Below are positions 27,212 to 36,540 of a stretch of 64,000 nucleotides of DNA, one piece after another. The first letter of the stretch is position 1; each line of letters starts with the position of its first letter. Origin of the DNA: Candidatus Anderseniibacteriota bacterium (GTDB lineage: Bacteria; Patescibacteriota; Andersenbacteria; UBA10190); the NCBI GenBank assembly GCA_040900375.1, contig JBBDZC010000003.1, forward strand, positions 64,586 through 128,585. The letters are read 5' to 3'. The translations under genes were made by a program, and so were the position numbers. The notes under the pieces were generated by a model. It was given only the letters and a program-made list of their open reading frames with translations. It was not told the DNA's origin and searched no databases.

Positions 27212-27686
27212 GTTCTGAGGCAATTTTGCCATTGGGGCGGCTGTAGTCATCCGCGAGCCGCACAACATCATCAAGGTGGTCAGTTGATGCTTCCACCAGC
27301 AGCACGTCTGTCAGGGCTTCAACCCGATGCACTGCCGGCGGCATGACCTTAATAACCTTGCCGGCAGTCATGTCAATGCTCCGGATGTTTTTGCCTTTGG
27401 ATGACTGGTAGTAAAACCGCACTTTGCCGAACAAAATGCAATTATGCTCTGCCTTTTGATTATGGTACTGCAGGCTCGTCTTTGCCCCCTTTTTTAGATA
27501 AATGATTTTGAGCGCATAAGGCACTTCCTTACCTTTTGCCAGCCATAGCTCAAAACCCCAGGGCTTTTTCACTTGCTTTGCCTCGCTGAAATCAGTAATG
27601 CGGATTTTCTTCGGCAGACCTTGAGGAGCCTTTCCCATGCTTTTCTTACTTACTTTGCTTTTAATGTAACTGATAATATCAGGCAT
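27204..27686 (-). CDS. cupin-domain sugar(-phosphate) isomerase (mannose-6-phosphate isomerase type II-like cupin)
   Basis: 160 aa. 'KPWGFELWL...KTSLQYHNQKAEH' matches the cupin_2 / ManC C-terminal isomerase pattern. Confidence 0.55.
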   Translation of the reverse strand: MPDIISYIKSKVSKKSMGKAPQGLPKKIRITDFSEAKQVKKPWGFELWLAKGKEVPYALKIIYLKKGAKTSLQYHNQKAEHNCILFGKVRFYYQSSKGKNIRSIDMTAGKVIKVMPPAVHRVEALTDVLLVEASTDHLDDVVRLADDYSRPNGKIASEHV

Positions 27687-27794
27687 ACAAATACAATTAG
27701 CACAATTATGTGAAGATCATCATACAATCGACTTTTATGGTAAAGCAATCAAGAGAAAGAGCAACACAGCACGGCGTGCCCTTCATGGTATGCT

Positions 27795-29237
27795 ATGACC
27801 ATGCAAGCGAGGTTGCCGATCCAGTTTTACTTTGTAGTTGGTGGGACGCTTGCGCTGCTTTTTACCATGGCCTTGCAGTATCCGCTGGTTACGACGTTCC
27901 CGATCGGTGGAGATGCGACACGATACATTTTAAAACTATTGGAAGTTCCGGCAGCGGCACAGGAAGACAGAATCATAGAAGCCGGCACCAAACTTTTTAC
28001 AAATACGAGCTATCCGGGCGCGCAGATCATCCTAGCAACTAGTGCGCTGCTGCCCGTTCCCTGGCCGGAGCGATTTACATGGTGGATGAGCCTTGGACAT
28101 ATTGCGACTGGCCTCATGATAGGGTATCTCGCGTGGCGCGTAAGTGATTGGCGAGCAGCGGTCGCCAGTATAGCTATATGGTCGCTGACGTTTGTCTCCG
28201 TGTTGCCTGACATTGAGGACGGGACGCTCGCACAACTATGGAGCTTTCCATTTGTTATTTGGTTTTTAGAACGATGTATGCAGCGCTCATGGATGTGGGC
28301 AGCAATTGCCGCCGTTCTTTCCATGGCGACGCACCCAATTAGCGGCGCAATTATTCTCCTCGTTGGTGCAATAAGTTTGCCTATTATATTCAGGCCTTCA
28401 TTACCACATAAGGGGCGCTTAAAACTTCAATATCTTGCCTTTACGATCTTTATTACACTTGCTTTTGCTTCGACCAGCCGCTTTATTTTTCAAAGCGTCC
28501 GGAGTGTTCTTACTGCTCAACTTCCCTTTGAGAGCAGCGAACCTTTTACCAATATTCTCTACTCGCCCTTTGGACCATTTCTTATTATGGCACCTATTGG
28601 CGTTTTTTTGTTAATGCGGCAAAAACCTGTTTATCAACTCATTCCCCTTTTAACCTTTACGGTGCTTGGCCTGCTCCTTGCATTCAACGACCGCATCGGT
28701 GCGGGATTCTATCCGAGTAGATTTTTATCTTACCCAATCATTTCAGCCACAGTTTTCGCGGCTATAGCTCTGCCTACACTACTAAAATCCGCAGTTCCTT
28801 ACAAAGCACTCCGGTGGTCGTTTGCTGTGTTGCTTATCATGAGCTCTGCTTTATATACATGGAATGATAACAGCCGCATATTTGCGTTTTATGAATCCCC
28901 CTCCAAATACGCCCGACTGCATCCCCATGAACACGAAGCTATCGAGTGGTTAAAAGAGAACACTCCCGCAGATGTATTTGTTGTCTCAAGCAATGCCAAC
29001 CGGCACAGCGAATGGATTCCGATTTTAAGTACGCGGCAGTGGCGCCCTTTGGTAGCAGAAGATACTCTCTGGAATTTGAAAGGTGATGCCCTACATGTTT
29101 ACCTCAAAGACACTCCCTACACCCACCTGGCGCTGTTTAAACACCGCGAGAAACCATCTGATCTGTTTCCTCTGGACGACTCGGCGTACCCGATCGTATT
29201 CGAAAATAAAGGCGCGATGATTATTCAACTGAAGTAA
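27795..29237 (+). CDS. polytopic membrane protein, possible Wzy-like polymerase/ligase or small GT-C
   Basis: 480 aa with at least 10 hydrophobic helices and one larger loop near the C-terminus. It is transcribed divergently from the activated-donor module. No diagnostic motif was recognised. Confidence 0.45.
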   Translation: MTMQARLPIQFYFVVGGTLALLFTMALQYPLVTTFPIGGDATRYILKLLEVPAAAQEDRIIEAGTKLFTNTSYPGAQIILATSALLPVPWPERFTWWMSLGHIATGLMIGYLAWRVSDWRAAVASIAIWSLTFVSVLPDIEDGTLAQLWSFPFVIWFLERCMQRSWMWAAIAAVLSMATHPISGAIILLVGAISLPIIFRPSLPHKGRLKLQYLAFTIFITLAFASTSRFIFQSVRSVLTAQLPFESSEPFTNILYSPFGPFLIMAPIGVFLLMRQKPVYQLIPLLTFTVLGLLLAFNDRIGAGFYPSRFLSYPIISATVFAAIALPTLLKSAVPYKALRWSFAVLLIMSSALYTWNDNSRIFAFYESPSKYARLHPHEHEAIEWLKENTPADVFVVSSNANRHSEWIPILSTRQWRPLVAEDTLWNLKGDALHVYLKDTPYTHLALFKHREKPSDLFPLDDSAYPIVFENKGAMIIQLK

Positions 29238-29239
29238 CT

Positions 29240-29566
29240 ATGAAGCCCTCTCTCCGACTCCTTTCGCTCCTGATCCTTGGCACCGCTCTCTTGATACACT
29301 TCTCGGTGCCAGCAACGATCTTACTTCCCCTATGGGCATCCGTAACTACTGGCTATGCCGTAGTCTTTGGCTTGAAGAGACGCTTTATACTTCTCCTGCC
29401 ATTTATAATCGTGTTATTTGTTGCCTTCTTGGTTCCACTACCCCTTCCTGATACCTGGACACCGGTCCAAAAATTGGTCACATTAATTTCAGGATGGACC
29501 ATTATCCTGATTATTTTGTCTCTTACATGTCTCATATACTTATCACCGGAGGAGCGGGATTCATAG
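29240..29566 (+). CDS. small hypothetical membrane protein
   Basis: 108 aa with three hydrophobic segments. It starts 3 nt after the upstream membrane protein's stop and overlaps the downstream epimerase start. Confidence 0.4.
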   Translation: MKPSLRLLSLLILGTALLIHFSVPATILLPLWASVTTGYAVVFGLKRRFILLLPFIIVLFVAFLVPLPLPDTWTPVQKLVTLISGWTIILIILSLTCLIYLSPEERDS

Positions 29567-30522
29567 GATCACACACCGCGCGAGCACTGCTGCGGCGTGG
29601 CGACCAGGTTACGCTGCTCGATGATTTTAATGATCGGTATGATCCTCGTTTGAAAGAAGCACGCATCAAGCACATGTTTACTGGCGTGCCCGCTCCCGAT
29701 CTTGTACGGGGGGACATTCGCGACCGGAAATTACTGGAAAAGTATTTTTCACAGCAAAAATTTGATCAAGTCATTCACCTGGCCGCCTGGGCATCGGTGC
29801 AGCCGAGTATTGAAAATCCTTATATTTACACCGAGGTAAATGTTGACGGAACGGTAAATATTCTCGAAATGTGCCGACAGTATGGTGTTAAAAACCTTAT
29901 TTTTGCCTCTTCATCCTCTGTGTACGGCGGTCAGAAGGAAGTACCCTTTCGAGAAGATGCCAACGTTTCAAACCCGCTCTCTCCATACGCTGCTACAAAA
30001 GCAGCTGGCGAGATCCTCTGTGCAACCTGGCATAATCTTTACGGTTTGCCAGTCTCGTGTCTGCGTTTCTTTACGGTCTATGGCCCCTGGGGCCGACCAG
30101 AGATGGCCATCTTCAAATTCACCGAGGCGATTCTCACCGGCCGACCAATTGAGATGCGAGGGAAGACGACAATGCGCGATTTTACCTATATTGATGATAT
30201 CGTACAAGGTGTTATTGGCGCGCTCGACCACCCGCATGGCTTCTCTATCTATAATCTCGGAGAAAATGATAGCGTATCACTACCACGGCTTATTTCCGGT
30301 CTCGAGTCGGCTCTGGGCAAAAAAGCAAACGTACAAGAAGTATCACTACCTGTCGGGGATATCCCGCGTACACTCGCGGATATTACTAAAGCCAGAAATG
30401 AACTGGGGTACAATCCTACCACCTCTATTGAAGAGGGGGTTAAAAAGTTTGTTGACTGGTATCAGCAGCAGTATGAGCCGCTCTTCTTGTCAATGAATGC
30501 GGGAGTGCCGCAATCAACGTAA
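29527..30522 (+). CDS. NAD-dependent nucleotide-sugar epimerase (UDP-glucuronate/UDP-GlcNAcA 4-epimerase-like extended SDR)
   Basis: 'MSHILITGGAGFIGSHTARALLRRGDQVTLLD' and the catalytic 'YAATKAAGE'. The start is set to Met 29527. The longer ORF from 29494 adds 11 non-conserved residues. Confidence 0.8.
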   Translation: MSHILITGGAGFIGSHTARALLRRGDQVTLLDDFNDRYDPRLKEARIKHMFTGVPAPDLVRGDIRDRKLLEKYFSQQKFDQVIHLAAWASVQPSIENPYIYTEVNVDGTVNILEMCRQYGVKNLIFASSSSVYGGQKEVPFREDANVSNPLSPYAATKAAGEILCATWHNLYGLPVSCLRFFTVYGPWGRPEMAIFKFTEAILTGRPIEMRGKTTMRDFTYIDDIVQGVIGALDHPHGFSIYNLGENDSVSLPRLISGLESALGKKANVQEVSLPVGDIPRTLADITKARNELGYNPTTSIEEGVKKFVDWYQQQYEPLFLSMNAGVPQST

Positions 30523-31159
30523 GGACTGATAACCAGACACAGACTCGTGCCAGTTGCGGCAGAGGACTTTCTTGAAAATCGTCCACAAACAGCGCGGCTC
30601 GAGTTTTTTCTTCATATAAAATTAAACCTACGTCACCTTGCTTCTCGTTCTGTGCAATCCGATAGTTACCTTGGGCGTAGGCGGCATCAAATGATTCAGT
30701 AAAGAGACGTGGTGCGGTATCTTTTTGATTATGAGAGATCTCCCTACCGTCGAATTGTACTTCAATATTCCCATCCAAGAGTGCGGGGGGTGTAAGTAAG
30801 AATTCAGCTTCTACAATACCCATAGTATCAACAGGGCTCTGCCATTCCTGAACGAGATTTTCATTGCGCATGAGTCGCACGGTAATCGGCAAACTACCGC
30901 TCGAGATGTATATTGGAATACGTATTTTGTTCACTAAGGTAGGTTCTTCCATTTTTATCGTCTGCGTTACAATGAATTGCGCATAGACTGGCAAACCCAA
31001 TTCTGGTTCACGTGAAGCGTCAATCGCTACAGCGGGTTGTTCAACGAATTCTCGAAGTTGCCATATGCCGATACCGGCACTTACCACTACCAAGCAAGCG
31101 GAAATCATGGATAGGAAATACTGTTTCATTTCTTTGCCTGACGATACGTGTAAAACCAA
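30440..31159 (-). CDS. membrane-anchored hypothetical protein carrying a standalone copy of the recurring GT-C-associated soluble module
   Basis: 239 aa. A single N-terminal TM helix ('YFLSMISACLVVVSAGIGIW') is followed by a soluble domain whose pattern resembles the module found on seven GT-C proteins ('AQFIVTQTIKMEEPTLVNKIRIPIYISSGSLPITVRLM...EAEFLLTPP...DGNIEVQF'). The C-terminal 27 codons overlap the convergent epimerase gene, so the 3' end is uncertain. The true start is probably Met 31129. Confidence 0.45.
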   Translation of the reverse strand: MVLHVSSGKEMKQYFLSMISACLVVVSAGIGIWQLREFVEQPAVAIDASREPELGLPVYAQFIVTQTIKMEEPTLVNKIRIPIYISSGSLPITVRLMRNENLVQEWQSPVDTMGIVEAEFLLTPPALLDGNIEVQFDGREISHNQKDTAPRLFTESFDAAYAQGNYRIAQNEKQGDVGLILYEEKTRAALFVDDFQESPLPQLARVCVWLSVLTLIAALPHSLTRRAAHTAADTSQQTF

Positions 31160-31303
31160 AAGACACTAAGAAGAATACCTAAACACGTTACCATAAGGCT
31201 CCATGTAATAACTATTGGTCGATACCATATGAGCAGCGTGGCAGGTTTATCAACGGCCAAAGAGACGCGTAGAAATTATGCTCTCTAGGCGAGTAGGTAA
31301 GAT

Positions 31304-34213
31304 ATGCTAGTATGTTTGGTATCTAAATCTATGTCGTTTCTTACGGCCAAAATTTTTCCATATTTTCTGCAAAACCGGGCGGGCTTAGCACTACTTTTCC
31401 TGACCTGGCTGATTTTTTTTAGCCCGCTTATTATTGGCGGCAAAGTTTACTTCTTGGATGACTTAAAGATCATCTATTATCCCCTCGAACAGGCATATGC
31501 CGAGGCACAAGCGGCTGGCACGTTGCCTCTCTGGAATAATGAATTTGGTTTTGGTCACCCCTTACTGGCGTGGGGACAATTAGGCTTCTTCACCCCGCTT
31601 CATCTCCTCCTGCGTGCGCTCCAGGTTCCGCCCCTATGGCTCTTGCAGATCTCGGTTGTCACCTACTATGCCGCAGGCTTGCTAGGAATGTTTGTCTGGC
31701 TCCGCCGCCGGGTTTCCAGTATGGCCGCCGCTCTTGGCAGTATTGTCTATGTTTTTTCCGGTTTTCACATTGGCCACTTAAACCACGTTAACTTTTACAC
31801 CGCCACGATGGTCTTGCCGTGGCTGATCTTGAGCCTCGATACCTTTATTGTCAGACCGACAATACGCAAGGCTTTGCTCGTCAGTAGCCTCGGCGCCATT
31901 ATGGCCTTGAGTGGCCAACCCCAGATTGTTCTGTATGCTGCGATTCTCACCGCTGTGATCGCCTTATTTCTGCTCGGTGAACAATGCTTACTTCGCCCCG
32001 CCCGCTCAACCTGGGCCATGAAGATTATCGGCTGGGGTTTGTTGTCAGTCGTGATTGCTCTAGCCTTGAGCAGTTTCGCTCTTCTGCCTCTTTATGAACT
32101 ACTGCCGCAAACCGAGCGCAACGATGCATTGCCTGAATCAGTCCTCTATGAATTTAGTTATCCTCCCTATCACGCTGTCACGCTCCTCTTGCCATACTTC
32201 TTTGGGGACCACGCACACTATTGGGGGCCGAAAGGCTTCCAAGAGTTAGCCGCCTATGTGGGCATCATCCCGCTCTTGCTCACCGGCTTGAGCGTCGCCA
32301 CGTGGTCAGATAAAAAAGCCCTGCGCTTAGGCGCCCTTACCCTCCTGATTATCAGTATCAGCTTTGCGCTGGGCCGCTACTCACCGCTCTACGTTTGGCT
32401 CGTGCAACAAAAGTTCCTGACGTCACTAGCTGTGCCTGGCCGATTCGTATTCTTCTTTGATTTTGCCATCGTCCTCTTAAGCGCCATAGGCCTCGATGAC
32501 CTGCTGCGGTTGCCGCAGCGTTCCCGAAAACAACGACTCATCAGCATAGGCTTAAGCTTAATCGTTATTAGTATCTTGATGGCGCCTTTGTTGATCCAGA
32601 TCCAGACCGACACCCGGCTCTATGAGCGCTTGCTAGAGTTAGTCGCCAGTGGTGATAGCCACGGCATCCTCGCCCTCCTCGGCCTTGTTCTCTTCTTCGC
32701 TGCCCTAGCTATCATTACACTTAAGCCACGCTACCAACAACACGCGCAGTTTGCTCTGTTGTCCATCGCGGCTCTAACCTTAATCGTCTTAGGTTGGCAC
32801 TACAATCCCCGTGTTGACCGCACCGTCGCCACTACGCCGTCGCCTTTTACTCGCCACCTGGAACAATATCGTGCGGAGACTGGCCTTCCCGCCCGTCTTT
32901 ACAGTGCCGAAAGTATTCTGGCCAAGCTGCCAACTAATGTTAGCATCCGGGCGACCGAGCGCATCTCTCCCAGCTTTACCGTTCACCAGTTAATCAAAGT
33001 ACGTAAAGAAAACCTTTCCTGTCTGCAAATCCCGGTACAGGTGAACCATCGCTTTGCCGGCACGGTTCACATTACGCTACGTGAAGATTTTACTACCCCC
33101 ATCCTCCAAGCCTATGATTTCCCGCCGGATAAGCTCTCCGGGGAACAACCTCTTGAACTCTGCTTCCCCATTTTAGCCGCGAGTGTAGGCAAAACATTTG
33201 TGCTTTCCTTCGCCAGCGAACTGCCAAGCCCGCTGGAACTCTCCTACACTTCATATAACCAAGAAGAGGAACCCGCTTACTTTGTACGTGTGGCTAACCC
33301 TACCCCAGAACAACTGCGCAACTCAAAAAAGCAAGCGCAAATTATATTTACTTCCTTTTATCCGCACACAGGTGACCTCGAAGCAACACTCCTTGCCCGC
33401 CACCTCAATGTCACGGCCGGTGCCTCAAGCGCGCGGTGGATTGGCGCCCTGTCGCTGGGCAACTACCGCGCTTTTATTGAGCACTTCTTTGCCAATGACC
33501 GTGAGCCATTCGATGGTGACGGTATTCATGCTCTCGTTAGCTTCCGCCACATTTTAAACATGGCCGGCGTCACCCACCTGATTCAGTCGCTGCCGCTCGG
33601 CGCCGACGACAGCCTCCTAGAAACTGGTTACACGCTCCTCGCCAAGTATGATTACGGACCAAAAGAGGTGCGGCTCTACCGCAATCCCAGTGCCTTTCCT
33701 AAAGCTTTTCTAGTCAACCGAGCAATCTTTAAACCAGCCGCGGACGAGACGCGCTACGCCATGCAATATGAACCGTATGATCCCCAAGAGCTCGTGTATA
33801 TTGACGGGCCAACCCCGCCAACCGAACTTAGCCCTAGTACCTCTCTGCCCGCCGCCGGCACGGTTAAACTCCTCTCGTACACTCCCCGGCAAGTTGAGGT
33901 CGAGGTCAATACTAGCCAGCCCGCTTTCTTAGTCGTCAGCGACAGCACGACTCCCCAATGGCAAACATTTATTGATAACCAGCCGGCTCCTTATTTCCGC
34001 GCTAACTCAATTTTTAAAGCCGCCCAAGTCTCGAGCGGCAATCACATAGTGTCTTTTCGTTACTTTTCTCCTGCCGTGGCCGCCGCCCAGATCATCACGC
34101 TGGTAGCAATTGGGATCACCCTTTTGCTGGCGCTGCTTCCCAGTTTAGGTAGGTGGTACTGGCGCAGACAGGCAGCAGCAATCAAAGCAAAGCCTCGTGA
34201 TACTTCACTGTAG
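31304..34213 (+). CDS. YfhO-like GT-C membrane glycosyltransferase with internal soluble module
   Basis: 969 aa. The N-terminal region 'GGKVYFLDDLKIIYYPLEQAY...GTLPLWNNEFGFGHPLLAWGQLG' resembles the YfhO family 'lP.W....G.G' loop. It has many TM helices. There is a soluble module copy at about nt 32960..33260 ('ISPSFTVHQLIKVRKENLSCLQIPVQVNHRFAGTVHITL...'). Confidence 0.6.
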   Translation: MLVCLVSKSMSFLTAKIFPYFLQNRAGLALLFLTWLIFFSPLIIGGKVYFLDDLKIIYYPLEQAYAEAQAAGTLPLWNNEFGFGHPLLAWGQLGFFTPLHLLLRALQVPPLWLLQISVVTYYAAGLLGMFVWLRRRVSSMAAALGSIVYVFSGFHIGHLNHVNFYTATMVLPWLILSLDTFIVRPTIRKALLVSSLGAIMALSGQPQIVLYAAILTAVIALFLLGEQCLLRPARSTWAMKIIGWGLLSVVIALALSSFALLPLYELLPQTERNDALPESVLYEFSYPPYHAVTLLLPYFFGDHAHYWGPKGFQELAAYVGIIPLLLTGLSVATWSDKKALRLGALTLLIISISFALGRYSPLYVWLVQQKFLTSLAVPGRFVFFFDFAIVLLSAIGLDDLLRLPQRSRKQRLISIGLSLIVISILMAPLLIQIQTDTRLYERLLELVASGDSHGILALLGLVLFFAALAIITLKPRYQQHAQFALLSIAALTLIVLGWHYNPRVDRTVATTPSPFTRHLEQYRAETGLPARLYSAESILAKLPTNVSIRATERISPSFTVHQLIKVRKENLSCLQIPVQVNHRFAGTVHITLREDFTTPILQAYDFPPDKLSGEQPLELCFPILAASVGKTFVLSFASELPSPLELSYTSYNQEEEPAYFVRVANPTPEQLRNSKKQAQIIFTSFYPHTGDLEATLLARHLNVTAGASSARWIGALSLGNYRAFIEHFFANDREPFDGDGIHALVSFRHILNMAGVTHLIQSLPLGADDSLLETGYTLLAKYDYGPKEVRLYRNPSAFPKAFLVNRAIFKPAADETRYAMQYEPYDPQELVYIDGPTPPTELSPSTSLPAAGTVKLLSYTPRQVEVEVNTSQPAFLVVSDSTTPQWQTFIDNQPAPYFRANSIFKAAQVSSGNHIVSFRYFSPAVAAAQIITLVAIGITLLLALLPSLGRWYWRRQAAAIKAKPRDTSL

Positions 34214-36319
34214 TAGGCGGTCGTCCTCTTCGGTGGCCTCCTGACTGCCTCGTAAATACCGCAAACGGATCGCTAGGTCGCCTGGCTTCTGCGCGGCAGC
34301 GGGAAAAGATGCGTCCGCGCTAATAAGCATGTTTGTTGGCCGATAATTAAAATCTCTCGCGTAGCGCAAGGTAGGCGCTTGCCCTAGTGTAGTTCCTTCT
34401 GCCTGGATCTCCACAAATACTTCCTGTCCTTTGAGTGATAATGTTTGCGGCAAACGAAGAGTGAGCCAGCGATTATCTTCTAGATCTGACACGGGTAGCT
34501 GCCACTCATAAATAATAGGCGCGAGTGGTCCGGCTTTCAATTTGACGATCAGCATGCCGCTCGTGGCTTTACCGCTATATGTCGCGAGCAAAAGATCGAG
34601 GCCAAGTAGCTCATCATACTCGATCATTACTACCTGGCCCACATGAAGACCTGGCACTAATTCTCCCACAACTTGCTCATAGACACGCTTCTCATACACC
34701 CAGGCAAACTCCTTGCCGGCAACATGGGCGACAAACACTGGTACTTTCTTTTTGAAGTATTCATCAATAAAGTTATTCGCATAGTGATCAGGTTCCCGCC
34801 CAAACATATTGCGGTAGACAACGATAAAACGAACCCTCCCCTGTTCATGCGCATTGATGTGAGCCACGTGCGCCGTCGTATATGTTCCCAGCTCCTCGGG
34901 ATACCACGAGGCAACGACTGCCTCTGGAGCATGAGCATCCAGCCACGCTCCCACTTGTTCCAAACCTTCACCCCAGCCTAGTTCTTGGCTCAAGTTGTCA
35001 GCAAACAGTGGATTACTATAGGCAATGGCATAAGGATGATACACATAAACCTGGCTGGCTAAGTAACCCACAACAACAATCGGCAAGATGAGATAAGCAG
35101 TAAGCAGCCACGATCTGGTTGCCGCTGTCCACTTTTCGGCAACTATGCTGCCCACGATCTTGGCTGCCATCACAATACCGGCAGCGGCGATCAGGTTGAG
35201 TGCCGGCCAGATCGGCAGAATGTAGCGGTCGCCCTTTTTTGCTCCCAAGGTCATCATGATGACGAAAAAAACAATGTAGGCTAATAATAACCAGAGAGTA
35301 GCGGTGGAGATAGCTAACGCTGTTGGTTGCCCCCGGCGGGCCCTGTTTGTCTGCCAAAGTATCACCCCTATAAAGAAAATCACAAAAATGTGAAGGACGG
35401 GGTTGACACGTGTTACCAAAGTAAAGAGATAGTGAGTCGGATTTAAAGTGTAGTCTTCAACCATGTGGTGAGGGGTCAGTGCCGCTCGTCCCAGATCGCG
35501 TTTTAGAACCAAAACATTTCCTTGCGGATCAGGAACCCACAAAATCGCGGGCCAAATGGTGACAAACATAACCACGACAATCAGCAACCACAAACCAAAA
35601 TCACGTAGCCTTTTCTTAAATTTTAGCCATGAGCGCATAGTGACTCCATCCGTTATGACAGCCAGCCAAAAAAACGGCACCATAAAAACCGCGGGTGCTT
35701 TCGTGAGCACTGCCAGACCAGTCAATACTGCCGAGATCACCAGGAAGCGGCGCGCAAAGTGTGACTGTCGGTAAATAATAGTCGCCAGTACAGCCGCAAA
35801 TAAAAAGTGAGCCAGGAGCGCGTCAACATGGGCCACCCGAGAATAACCAATTAAGAACGGATCAAGGGCTATCATCAGCGTTCCCAATAAGGCTACGGAG
35901 CGGTTCCCCAACAGACGCCGCAGCAGGATATAGGTTACGGCAATAAGGAAAGTGATTACTAGAGCTACTGAAAATTGCGCCGCCGTTACAAAGTAAATAA
36001 GGCTAGCAAACGAAAAAGGCACGCCTACGAAAAACATTTTGATCATGACTGCCCCCCCAATGAGCCACAGTGCCGTGACACCCGGATGAGTGGTCTGGAG
36101 CATGTCATTGAACCGAAAATCTTTAAAAGCTTGAATAAACTCATACGAACGGCCAATCCAATTCTTTTCGTCAGCAGTTAAAAATAGGCCCAGATCAAGC
36201 AGCCGTGGCAGCCCGGCTACAACCAGAAGCACGCCGATAATAAATATGTCGACGCGGTACTGATGGAACCAAGCCCCTACAGTATTTTTATTTATTCGCA
36301 TAGGCGCCAAGGTACGCAT
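34205..36319 (-). CDS. GT-C glycosyltransferase, PMT/ArnT-like ('LTADEKNW' loop-1 motif) with C-terminal soluble module
   Basis: 704 aa. The first periplasmic loop is 'LDLGLFLTADEKNWIGRSYEF'. 'GDRYILP' is present and there are at least 11 helices. The C-terminus '...KEFAWVYEKRVYEQ...GQVVMIEYDELLGLDLLLATYSGK...' is the recurring module. Confidence 0.65.
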   Translation of the reverse strand: MRTLAPMRINKNTVGAWFHQYRVDIFIIGVLLVVAGLPRLLDLGLFLTADEKNWIGRSYEFIQAFKDFRFNDMLQTTHPGVTALWLIGGAVMIKMFFVGVPFSFASLIYFVTAAQFSVALVITFLIAVTYILLRRLLGNRSVALLGTLMIALDPFLIGYSRVAHVDALLAHFLFAAVLATIIYRQSHFARRFLVISAVLTGLAVLTKAPAVFMVPFFWLAVITDGVTMRSWLKFKKRLRDFGLWLLIVVVMFVTIWPAILWVPDPQGNVLVLKRDLGRAALTPHHMVEDYTLNPTHYLFTLVTRVNPVLHIFVIFFIGVILWQTNRARRGQPTALAISTATLWLLLAYIVFFVIMMTLGAKKGDRYILPIWPALNLIAAAGIVMAAKIVGSIVAEKWTAATRSWLLTAYLILPIVVVGYLASQVYVYHPYAIAYSNPLFADNLSQELGWGEGLEQVGAWLDAHAPEAVVASWYPEELGTYTTAHVAHINAHEQGRVRFIVVYRNMFGREPDHYANNFIDEYFKKKVPVFVAHVAGKEFAWVYEKRVYEQVVGELVPGLHVGQVVMIEYDELLGLDLLLATYSGKATSGMLIVKLKAGPLAPIIYEWQLPVSDLEDNRWLTLRLPQTLSLKGQEVFVEIQAEGTTLGQAPTLRYARDFNYRPTNMLISADASFPAAAQKPGDLAIRLRYLRGSQEATEEDDRLLQ

Positions 36320-36352
36320 GCAGACACGTTATTCTCTCTAAACTAGAAATGC

Positions 36353-36535
36353 AATGGAGCCGCCCCCGCTAGGTTACGCGGGGTATCCCAACTTTGCCCA
36401 AGCTTCGCTCTCGCGAGACAGGGTGGCTACATTGCCCAAGGAGTTGGCCCTGCCTGCCGGCAGACATGGTCCGCCAATTCTTCTTTCAGAACCCCTTCTA
36501 TCTCCGCTACAAGCGGCGGGATTTACGGGGTGCAA
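36353..36535. repeat. intergenic repeat element copy A (conserved ~80 nt 5' arm and ~30 nt 3' arm with variable core)
   Basis: Near-identical to 40044..40205 over 'aatgRagccgcccccgctaggttacgcggggtatccYaacttYgcccaagcttcgctctYgcgagacagggYggctRcRttgc' and '...ccgcYacaagYggcgggatttacggggKgcaWtaa'. It contains the hairpins ccccgc-N8-gcgggg and ccgcYac-aa-gYggcgg. Spurious ORFs 36354..36587(+), 36394..36702(+) and 36374..36583(-) overlap it. Confidence 0.7.
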
Positions 36536-36540
36536 TAAAT

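Noticed and set aside
30440-30522. 83 nt convergent overlap between epimerase 29527..30522 and ORF 30440..31159
   Set aside because: It was not used as evidence for anything. The 3' end of the minus-strand ORF is uncertain and may terminate earlier by frameshift or be shorter. Both genes are retained, but the overlap is flagged as doubtful.
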